Below, one piece after another: positions 9,941 through 18,076 of a stretch of DNA of 64,000 bases; positions within the stretch are counted from its first letter, which is position 1; each line of letters starts with the position of its first letter. Under the pieces are notes generated by a model that made no database searches, was not told where the DNA came from, and saw only the letters and a list, made by a program, of their open reading frames with translations. A program made the translations under genes and the position numbers. This stretch comes from Thermoplasmata archaeon (lineage in GTDB: Archaea > Thermoplasmatota > Thermoplasmata > Lutacidiplasmatales > UBA184), in the NCBI GenBank assembly GCA_027315165.1, contig DAHUYN010000009.1, positions 8,770-72,769 on the forward strand, written 5' to 3'.

Positions 9941-10064
9941 CTCGGTCGACGAGAGCACGCGACGCGTTCAGTCACTGGGACGCCCGCGTTGTGTCTGGCC
10001 GTTGTCGAATGCCCCTTCCTCGGCGGCCGGAGCCTTTACTCCGGCCTTCCGTTGACCGGAGGGC

Positions 10065-11618
10065 GTGGGCTCTCGAGCGCGCGCAATCTCCCCTTCGCTT
10101 TCCCGGCGCCAAGCTCACATCCAGCGCATCGGCATCGGAGGCAGGTTTCGGGATGCCCCTCGAGGCCCCCGCCAGAGGTCCTTGGCCCTTCAGTACTGTC
10201 AGGGCCTCCTCTTCCCCGGCGAGCGCAAGAGCATGCCGCCGTGGGCGGCCCGAGCTCCCGAGGCGAGATACGAGGCCATCCAGAACGTCATCACCGACTC
10301 TCCCTGGGACTGGGCGGAAAGCCAGTCGCGACGGATCGAGGTGATGAAGGGGAAGATCGGCGGCGCATCCGGCCTCCGGGCGATCGACGATGTGCCCCTC
10401 GTCAAGCGAGGAACGTAGAGCCGTGGGGTCGGCTCGCAATCCTGCGGAGTTACCGGCAACGTACAGAACTGCCAGGCCCTTGTGGACTCGTTCTACCTGC
10501 TCCGCCGCGCGGGACGGCATCGGGGGAGCCGAGGTTTCTGTTTCGCCCTCGACCCCTACCTTCCCAAGGCGTGGGCGAACGAGCCCGTCCGCTGTGGCGA
10601 CGCCGGAATCCAGACCTCGGTGGTGTTTCGCGAGAAGTGGCGAATCGCTTTGGAGCCGGTGGACCGAGCTCGCGGACACGGTCTGCCCCATGCGGCCATT
10701 CTCATGGATTGTGGAGAGGGGGATGCTCAGGAGTTTGGAGAGGAGTTGCGCTCTCGCGGCGAGGCGTACATCGCAGAAGTCACGGTCTCGGAGGCCCGCG
10801 TAGTTTCCGCCGCCACGCCGCTCCTCCGACCGGAGATGCCTCTGCGCGGTGGGCATGGCGGGGGCCGGGTCCGGAGCCCTCGCCTCTTTCCCGATACTTC
10901 GGCCGTCTCTCCGCACGCCATCGCCGCCGACGCGAGCGACGGGGTGAGAATCCGTTGGGCGGAGGGGACCAAGGGGCCTCTGGAAGGGGAGTTCACGCGA
11001 CGGAAGGTTCGGGTCTGCCGAGGGCAGGTTCCGACCGCGAAGGTGGGCGGGTTGCTGTTGGAGAAGACCTCCGACGGGCGGAGGTCGCGGATCTGCTGGG
11101 GACGGAACTCGCGGCCCCTCGAGGAACGGGCGGCGACGGCCCACCGTCGCTTCCTCATCGAGCGGGTTCACGAGGAAGCGAAGATGGAATCGGGGCTGGA
11201 CCCCTTCGAGGGAAGGACGTGGCGGGGTCTCCACCACCACTTGACGCTGGTACTGATTGCGCACACATTTTGGGTCTTGGAGCAGCCTCGGGCGGACTCG
11301 GAGACCCGGGACGAACCGCTGCCGACGTTGGGTGAGATGCGACGACGGGTGGTGGTCGAGGTGGCTCTGGCGCTCGTCTCCCGAGTGGCGTTGGATCGCA
11401 CGAAGAAGGCCCGGATGGCTTGGGCCACCGCGGTAGCGCACTACTGGGCCGGAGCCGGAGAGCAGGGACTGAGACCCGAGCGCGGGTCTGGTCTTGCCCT
11501 GCCTCGGGGGCCTCCTCTCGCCCTCGAGGGAAGGCGGCCCAACCCGGCTTGGAACGAGCCGGAGTCCGGAGAGAATCGAGGGATAGACGGCTTCAGCGCG
11601 TCCCAACTGGTAAGGTGA
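10065..11618 (+). pseudogene. IS701-family transposase, degenerate, interrupted by an in-frame TAG at 10416-10418
   Basis: GERKSM, AIDD..KRG*S.GV....G..NCQ, R..IE...EAKMESGLDPFEGRTWRGLHHHLTL. ORFs 10065 and 10482 are in the same frame. Confidence 0.85.
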
Positions 11619-11782
11619 ACTTCGAACGTTCCGCCAAAGTCGTGAGGGTTACTTCAGGCGGCAAGATGTCCGGCTACACGACACCAACGGAGGCTCGGGA
11701 CGCTGACGCGCGAGCCGCGCTCGGCGAGAAAGGCGCCGACCCCCGGCCGGGCGCATCCCGGGGTCTCGACGGGAGCGGGCGC

Positions 11783-13057
11783 TCACTCGCGGTCGGAGAG
11801 CAGGAGGTCGCTCGGGGGGGGTTCGGCACCGAGCTCCGTGCTCCGCTCCAGGCGGCGTCGCGCGGAGTCGCGCAGGTTGACGAAGCCGAGCGCGACGGCC
11901 AGTGCGACGACGGCCATGCCGCCCCAGAGGAGCTCCGGCCCTTGGGGACCGATCCCGAGAAGCAGCGTCCCCGCGACGGGCGCGAGCACGCGCGTCGCGT
12001 TCGTCGCCGCGTTGTAGGCGCCGAAGTAGCTGCCACGACGCGCCCGGCCCGCGAAGTGGGCGACGAGGGACTGTTCGGTGGGGCTCACGATATCCTCTCC
12101 GAGCGTGAGAACGCCCATCGAGAGCAGGTACATCGGCAGCGCCCCCGAGAGGTCGAAGAGCAGGAAGGAGGCCCCGTAGGCCAGCGTTCCACCGGCGAGC
12201 CAGCCGATGTAGCGATGACGCCGTTCGATGACGCGGGAGACCGGCAGCTGGAGTAGCACGACCAGGACGCCGTTGAGCGAGTAGACGAGCCCGAACTCCG
12301 TGAGCGGCACCGCCCGGACCGAGCCGAGGAACAGCGCGAGCGGCGTCCCGAACTGGTTCATCACGAGGGCGAGGCCGACGAGGCCGACGAGCAGTCCGAC
12401 GAACGGCCGGTCGCGGAACGGGGTCGAGAGGTTCGTGGCGGTCGCGCCGGTCCGCGCGGTGCCCGCGAAAGTCTCCCGAAGGAGGGTGACGAGGATCACC
12501 CCCTCGATCGCCGACGTGACGGCGGCGAAGAGGAAGAGCGCCGGCAGCCCGGAGGAGGTCGCGAGGAGACCCCCGAGCGCGGGCGAGATCGCAAAGCCGG
12601 TGTTCGAGAAGACCCGCTGGACCCCGAAGGCCGTCACCGCGAGGTCGGGACTCGTGACGTCCCCGACCATCGCGCTCCGCGCCGGTCGCGTGAGGCCGCC
12701 GAGGAGCGAGTTGACCGCCCAGAGGCCCATCACGACCGGGATCCCCCGGTCGAGGTACAGCCAGAGCAGGACGAGGACGACCGCGCTCAGGAAGTTCGGG
12801 TAGATCGCGAGGGCCCGACGCCCCTGGCGGTCCGAGAGGTACCCGCCGAGCAGGAACGCGAGCGTGCTCACCGGCACGATCGCCGCGATGAGCAGCCCGA
12901 TCTCGAGGTAGGGGAGCCGGTAGACGTCGGCGAAGACGAGCGGCAGAAAGACGAACGTGGCGGACCGGCCGACGCTTCGGATGAGGCCGGCGGACCCGAG
13001 GAGATAGACCCGCCCGTCGAGGCGGAGGAAGGCGGGACGCGTCGAGGGGCCCGGCAC
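11783..13057 (-). CDS. MFS transporter
   Basis: About 12 TM helices and motif A (GYLSDRQGRR). Confidence 0.92.
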   Translation of the reverse strand: MPGPSTRPAFLRLDGRVYLLGSAGLIRSVGRSATFVFLPLVFADVYRLPYLEIGLLIAAIVPVSTLAFLLGGYLSDRQGRRALAIYPNFLSAVVLVLLWLYLDRGIPVVMGLWAVNSLLGGLTRPARSAMVGDVTSPDLAVTAFGVQRVFSNTGFAISPALGGLLATSSGLPALFLFAAVTSAIEGVILVTLLRETFAGTARTGATATNLSTPFRDRPFVGLLVGLVGLALVMNQFGTPLALFLGSVRAVPLTEFGLVYSLNGVLVVLLQLPVSRVIERRHRYIGWLAGGTLAYGASFLLFDLSGALPMYLLSMGVLTLGEDIVSPTEQSLVAHFAGRARRGSYFGAYNAATNATRVLAPVAGTLLLGIGPQGPELLWGGMAVVALAVALGFVNLRDSARRRLERSTELGAEPPPSDLLLSDRE

Positions 13058-13224
13058 GCTCCCTTCATCCGGCTCCCGACTTGGGCGTTGCGTACCGAAC
13101 CGAGGGGCCCGGGCCCGCTCCGTTCCGATCGCGCGGCCGGCGGGAGGAGGGACGGCGCTCGGGCACCGGTTGAGGATCGAACGCTCCCCCGGGGAGATTA
13201 TCCCCCGTGGGGGCTGGCGGCTTC

Positions 13225-14178
13225 GTGAGAGCCCTCGTCGCAGGCGCCGACGGCTTCCTCGGCCGCGCCGTCGTGAGCGCGCTGGCGAGCCACGGCCACG
13301 AGGTCGTTGCCCTGGTCCACCACGACCGAGGCGCGCGGCCGTCGCTCGGGCCCCGTGTCACGACGGTCGTCGGCGACCTGCTCGAGCCCTCCACGCTCGG
13401 GCCGGCGCTTCGAGGCGTCGACCTCGCGGTCCACCTCGCCCAGGCGCCCGCGTCGGACCTCGGCCATATGCGTCGCGTGCGGGTCGAGGGGGGACGGAAC
13501 CTCGTCGCCGCCGTTGCGGCCGAGGGCGCCAAGAGGGTCCTCGTCGGCTCCGGCTACTGGGTCTATCGGGACTCCACCGAGCCGATCGTCGAGGCGAGCC
13601 CGGTCGCGCCGATGTCGCTCTCTAGCGTGAACTTCGAGGCGGAGGAGGTCGCCCGCGAGGCCGGTCGGAAGGGCGGCGTCTCGGTCGGCGTCGTGCGTCC
13701 CGGGATGGTCTACGGGGACGGCTCGTGGTTCGGCGAGATGGTCGCCGAGCTCGGTCGGAGCACCTACCGATACCTCGGCGATGGGACGAACTTCCTCTCG
13801 CCGATCCACCTCGACGACCTCGGCGAGGCGTTCCGGTGCCTCGCCGAGCGGGGCGACCCCACGGGGCTCTACCTCGTGGTCGACGACGCGCCGGTCGACC
13901 ACCGCACCTTCGCCGAGTTCGTCGCGGAGCGGCTCGGTGTGCCCAAGCCCCAAGGGGTCCCGTTCGAGGAGGCAGAGCGCGACTGGGGACGCGAGATCGC
14001 CCTCCTCAACGCCGCGAGCCGGCGCGCGTCGAACGCCCGCCTGCGGTCGACCGGCTGGGCCCCGCGTTACCCGTCGTACCGCGAGGGGGTTCCCGAAGTG
14101 CTACGTCGGATGGCAGCCTCGCGCTCGCGACGTCTCTCGGCGAGAAGAGATCCGGCCGAGCCGCCGCTACGCCGGTAA
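13225..14178 (+). CDS. NAD-dependent epimerase/dehydratase (extended SDR)
   Basis: VAGADGFLG Rossmann motif, VHLA, RPGMVYG, PIHLDD. GTG start at 13225 is inferred. Confidence 0.88.
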   Translation: MRALVAGADGFLGRAVVSALASHGHEVVALVHHDRGARPSLGPRVTTVVGDLLEPSTLGPALRGVDLAVHLAQAPASDLGHMRRVRVEGGRNLVAAVAAEGAKRVLVGSGYWVYRDSTEPIVEASPVAPMSLSSVNFEAEEVAREAGRKGGVSVGVVRPGMVYGDGSWFGEMVAELGRSTYRYLGDGTNFLSPIHLDDLGEAFRCLAERGDPTGLYLVVDDAPVDHRTFAEFVAERLGVPKPQGVPFEEAERDWGREIALLNAASRRASNARLRSTGWAPRYPSYREGVPEVLRRMAASRSRRLSARRDPAEPPLRR

Positions 14179-15282
14179 GCGCCCCGCCGGCATCTCCCGA
14201 ATGACGAGCGCGCGTCCGCCTCCGTGGGCGACGGTCTCGGGCTCGACGGAGCGGTTGAGCGTGATCTCGTTGATGATGGAGAGCATCTCGAGGGCGGTCC
14301 CGATGTCCGAGAGGATCCGCTGCCGCCGCGCCGCCGCCTCCTTGTCGCGGCTGCGACCGATCAGCACGCCGGACAGCTCGTCCTGGTCGGCGATGGACTG
14401 CTCGATCGCCGTGAGGGCGGCGTGCGCGCCCGTCGGCGAGACCTCACCGAACGCCTTCATCGTCCGGACGAGCGCGTCGTCGAACCGGCTGAGCAGGGCC
14501 CGGACCTCCGGAGCCCCCTTGGCGAGATCCGGGTCCGCGGCGAGCTCCGTCGAGACGGCGGCCGTGAGGTCCGCGGTCACCTCGAGCATCTTCGCGACGA
14601 TGCGGTAGCCGAACTGATAGTGGTGGCTCGGCACGCCGATCTCCCGTGCGATGTGGAAGTCGTTCGACGCGAGGAGGATCTGCCGGGCCATCAGCAGGTA
14701 GAACCGGTCGATCTCCTCTTCGATGTGCTCGATCTGCCCGAGCGGCTCGGCGGAGCCGGTCGCGAGGGTGCGGTCGCAGGCCTCGAGCTCGAGCCGGATC
14801 ATCCGAACGACCCGGTCGATCAGGCCGGGCAGTCGGTGCTTCGTCGCGTCGAGGAAGACCTGGACCTCGAGGCGGGTCGGCTCGTCCTCGATGAGGCTCA
14901 TGCCGAGGACCCGGCGGGCCGTCCGCTCGACCTCCTCGCGGACCTCGGCGGAGAGCTCCCGGCGCGCCGTGATGATCACGCGGTCCTGCCCCGTGATGTA
15001 GGCTCCGACGAGCAGCCTCGCGACGAGCTGCGGCGGCGCCTCGGTGGCGTCGAGGTGGAGGACGCGCGGCGTCGGCTCCTGGGGGGTCCCGGTCGCCGGG
15101 GCGAGCTCGAGGCGCCCCTCGGCGAGCTCCTGGAAGCGAAGGACGGTCCCGTGATGGACCCCGTGCGCTTCGGTCCAGGACTTCGGCAGCGTCACCGCGA
15201 GCGAGGTGAGCCCGGTCCGCTGGACGCGTCGGAGCATCGACTCGCCGCCCGCTGCTGCCAGGTCGCTGCGTGCCTCGGCCAC
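14167..15282 (-). CDS. Archaeal PhoU-family regulator with N-terminal AbrB/SpoVT DNA-binding domain
   Basis: RRVQRTGLTSLAVTLPKSW, GAYITGQD, EEEIDRFYLL. The start may be the ATG at 15237. Confidence 0.85.
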   Translation of the reverse strand: MAEARSDLAAAGGESMLRRVQRTGLTSLAVTLPKSWTEAHGVHHGTVLRFQELAEGRLELAPATGTPQEPTPRVLHLDATEAPPQLVARLLVGAYITGQDRVIITARRELSAEVREEVERTARRVLGMSLIEDEPTRLEVQVFLDATKHRLPGLIDRVVRMIRLELEACDRTLATGSAEPLGQIEHIEEEIDRFYLLMARQILLASNDFHIAREIGVPSHHYQFGYRIVAKMLEVTADLTAAVSTELAADPDLAKGAPEVRALLSRFDDALVRTMKAFGEVSPTGAHAALTAIEQSIADQDELSGVLIGRSRDKEAAARRQRILSDIGTALEMLSIINEITLNRSVEPETVAHGGGRALVIREMPAGRLPA

Positions 15283-15300
15283 GAAAGCAGAAGGGGGAGA

Positions 15301-15513
15301 CCCGTAGGATAAGGAGAGGGTCGAGCCGGCTTGACCTCCCGCGGCGGAGCTCTCTCGTTCTCCTTGCCCTCCTTACCCAAAGGAGGAATGCCAGATGGTC
15401 CCCACCCGCCTACGGGAGCGTAAGGAGGCGCCATGTCGACATGGAACGACCGCAACGACGCGAGCCACCCGAACGAGCCCCGAGGCGGGGCCTAGGAAGG
15501 AGGAGGAAAGACG
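15301..15513 (+). promoter_or_regulatory. Structured leader with repeated Shine-Dalgarno motifs and short upstream ORFs
   Basis: AAGGAG at 15311, 15380, 15422 and 15497. Hairpin CCTCCTT-ACCCA-AAGGAGG. CCCGTAGG/CCTACGGG inverted repeat. Confidence 0.45.
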
Positions 15514-16275
15514 ATGTTCATCGATAACTTGGCCCTGATCGAGGCGATGATCGCCTTCGCCGCGGTCGTGCTCACGTACGTCGGGGTCACGACCTGGTGG
15601 GCGATCCGTCGGAACGAGCCCGAGAAGGTCCGCGCGGCCCTCAAGGGCGGCGCGATCCCGATCGGCTCCGTCGGCTTCGCGGCGACGGTCCTCGGCCTGT
15701 GGTCCGAGATGGTGTGGCCGTTCCCGAGCACGATGGCCGGCTACAACATCCTGTTCGACGACGTCGCGCTGATGTTCGGCCTCGTCATGATGGCGTTCGC
15801 GGCCTCGGCCTACCTCGGCCTCCGCCTGCAGTACGTCGGGCTGTTCGCCTTCGCGGCGGGCGCGGCGACGATCCTCTACGGCTGGACCGGCTACGGGTTC
15901 AACTACACGAAGGAGCCGTTCGACTTCCTGCTCCTCTACCTCGGCTTCGGCGCGGCGGGCCTGATGACCTGGCCGGCGACGGTCCTGGTCGACTACTACC
16001 TCGGGACCGTCTCGACGAACCCGACGCTCTGGCGCTCGTCGTCCTCGGCGTCGGTCGGGCTCCGCTCGCTCGGGGTCCGCGGGGCGATGCGGCTCGGCCG
16101 CTCCAAGGGCAATGGTGAGACCGAGTCGGACCTCCCGCTCCGGTACCGTGTCCCGGCGTTCGCCCACCTGCTGATGCTGGCGTTCCCGGTGTTCATGGCC
16201 CTCGCAGCGATCGCGGCGTTCTGGTTCTTCGGGACCACGCTGCCCGGACACCTGACGCCCGGCAAGACCCCCTGA
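15514..16275 (+). CDS. DUF981-like membrane protein
   Basis: MFIDNL start, WPFPSTMAGYNILFDD and YNY/TKEP-like motifs, multi-TM, strong SD. Confidence 0.8.
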   Translation: MFIDNLALIEAMIAFAAVVLTYVGVTTWWAIRRNEPEKVRAALKGGAIPIGSVGFAATVLGLWSEMVWPFPSTMAGYNILFDDVALMFGLVMMAFAASAYLGLRLQYVGLFAFAAGAATILYGWTGYGFNYTKEPFDFLLLYLGFGAAGLMTWPATVLVDYYLGTVSTNPTLWRSSSSASVGLRSLGVRGAMRLGRSKGNGETESDLPLRYRVPAFAHLLMLAFPVFMALAAIAAFWFFGTTLPGHLTPGKTP

Positions 16276-16324
16276 CGCGCCTCCTCGGGACCGGCGGCGG
16301 TGGCCCCGACGGTCCCGCTCGCCG

Positions 16325-16376
16325 CCCTTCCCGGCCACCCCGGGGACCCGGAACGGGTCCCCGGACGTGGGAAGGG
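16325..16376. terminator. Long GC hairpin between convergent genes
   Basis: Perfect 11-bp stem CCGGGGACCCG-GAA-CGGGTCCCCGG (16340-16364), with outer CCCTTCCC/GGGAAGGG pairing. Confidence 0.5.
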
Positions 16377-16491
16377 TGACCTGAGGCGAACCCTTTCCCC
16401 CCTTCCGGGGGTCGAGCGGACGTTCTGTCGGCGGTGAGGACGGACCCGCGAGGGTCGCAGCGTTTCGAGGCTCCCGCGTCTCGCGGTACCG

Positions 16492-17199
16492 CTAGAGGAA
16501 GCCGAGCTGGCGTTGCGCGAGCGGGGACATCTTCTCGGGGCTCCACGGCGGGTCCCAGACCACCGAGACCCGAACGGTCGCGACGCCGCCCGCCGCGTGG
16601 GCCGCGGCCTCGACCTCTTTCACGAGCGTCTCCGCGACCGGGCAGCCCGGGCTCGTCATCGTCATGTCGACCTCGATCTCGTCGTCGGAGAGCCACCGCG
16701 TCGCGTAGATCAGCCCGAGGTCGAGGATGTTCATCGGGATCTCGGGGTCGTAGATCTTCTTCCAGGAGGAGCGGATCCGCTCTTCGCGCTCCGTTCGCGT
16801 GAGGCCCGCGGTCGCCACGCCAGGGAGCGTCCCGGAGTCGGGCCGAGTCGTCGGGGGCGGCTCGACGGCCGGCAGGTTCGGCCCCGCGACCTCGAACGTC
16901 GGAGGGTCCCGGTTCGCCCAGAAGCGGACCTGGGCCCCCTCGAGGAACCGGAGGCTCGGAGGGTCGACGATGACGGGGATCCCGTCGACGAGGACGGGAG
17001 AGTCCCGCGCGGTGACGTGGTCGATCGCCATCAGGGCCTTCGGGTGCATGCCCGGCTCGACCCAGATCCGGACGGCGACGCCCGCTTGGCCCGCGAGCGC
17101 CCGACGGAGCTCGACCGCGGCTCCCGGAGTGATCGAGACGGGAGCGCTACGGGAGCCGGGGCGAGTCGGATCGGACCGGGCGGGTGCGCTCTCGACCAT
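16492..17199 (-). CDS. Fe-S assembly protein: HesB/IscA-like N-domain fused to DUF59 (SufT/PaaD-like) domain
   Basis: DUF59 motifs DPEIPMNILDLGLIY, MTMTSPGCP, VWDPPW. N-domain ITPGAA...VDGIPVIVDPPSLRFLEGA. Confidence 0.8.
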   Translation of the reverse strand: MVESAPARSDPTRPGSRSAPVSITPGAAVELRRALAGQAGVAVRIWVEPGMHPKALMAIDHVTARDSPVLVDGIPVIVDPPSLRFLEGAQVRFWANRDPPTFEVAGPNLPAVEPPPTTRPDSGTLPGVATAGLTRTEREERIRSSWKKIYDPEIPMNILDLGLIYATRWLSDDEIEVDMTMTSPGCPVAETLVKEVEAAAHAAGGVATVRVSVVWDPPWSPEKMSPLAQRQLGFL

Positions 17200-17483
17200 G
17201 CGTGTGCGACGAGCAGCACGACGCGCTGGGTTATCAGCGTCGCCCGCGGGTCCCGGGGCCCCTGTCGGCCGAGCCGGTCCCGAGCGAGGCGGCGCGGGCG
17301 GGCCGTCCGCGACCCCGGGCGCGAGGCTCGGTCTACCGCGAGAACCGTTCGACCGCGTCCTTGTCGAGGAGGGGCCTGAGCTCCGTCGGGCGGACTCCGA
17401 GGCGCCTGGCGCCCGCGAGCCTCGGAGCCGGGTCGTCGAGCGGGTCGTCGCGCTCGAAGACGAGCCGGTCGATGCCGACCTTC

Positions 17484-17966
17484 TCAGGCCTCCCCCTCGA
17501 AACGGCTCCACCGGGGAGGTCGGGCCCGCGTCCATCGGGGACGGGTGGGTCCGCGCGCCCACTTGTCCTCGAGATGGCGTCGGTAGGCGGTCGTTACGGG
17601 GCGCACGCGAGGGTGTCGGGTCAGGTTCACGAACGGCGGCCGACGCCCCTTCGGAAACCTCGGGATCGCGGCCCGGAACGCGGCGGAGCAGCGCATCGAG
17701 GCGTGCTGCCGCCCGAACCGACGCGCGTACTCCGCGCCGAGGGCGAGGAAGTGACGGTAGACCCAGGTGAAGCTCGCGCGATTCGTACGCGTCCAGGCGA
17801 CGGCCGGGTGGTACCGGTGTGTCGGTCGGTACGGCGCCGGAAGGCCTCGCAGCCACATCGCCGTCGAGAGCAGTTGGGCCGACTCGACGGCCATCTTGAT
17901 CACGCGACGATCGTCGAGGGCTCGCGCGGAGCGCTCCGGGCTCGCCGAGGTCGCGAAGAGGTTCAT
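17484..17966 (-). CDS. Pyrimidine dimer DNA glycosylase / T4 endonuclease V-like family protein
   Basis: MNLF...P..SA..LDD.RV.KM..ESAQLLST, YRPTH..HP...W, EY..RFG..H. Confidence 0.8.
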   Translation of the reverse strand: MNLFATSASPERSARALDDRRVIKMAVESAQLLSTAMWLRGLPAPYRPTHRYHPAVAWTRTNRASFTWVYRHFLALGAEYARRFGRQHASMRCSAAFRAAIPRFPKGRRPPFVNLTRHPRVRPVTTAYRRHLEDKWARGPTRPRWTRARPPRWSRFEGEA

Positions 17967-18076
17967 CGACGCGGCCTTACCCCAGGCGTAGATGGCCCCT
18001 TCGCCGCGCGGCCGTCCGCGAAATGTCATGCACGATTGACGGCGGCCCCAAATCTCCCCTGCCCCCCGTACCCGTC

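Larger units (their letters stand above)
6800..11700. mobile_element. Decayed genomic island downstream of tRNA-Lys
   Basis: Visibly more A/T-rich than the flanks. Contains integrase and methyltransferase parts and an IS remnant. Boundaries are approximate. Confidence 0.65.

Noticed and set aside
10416-10418. Pyrrolysine or amber read-through in the IS701 transposase
   Set aside because: TAG ends many ordinary genes in this window, no pyl genes are visible, and the transposase is otherwise degenerate.
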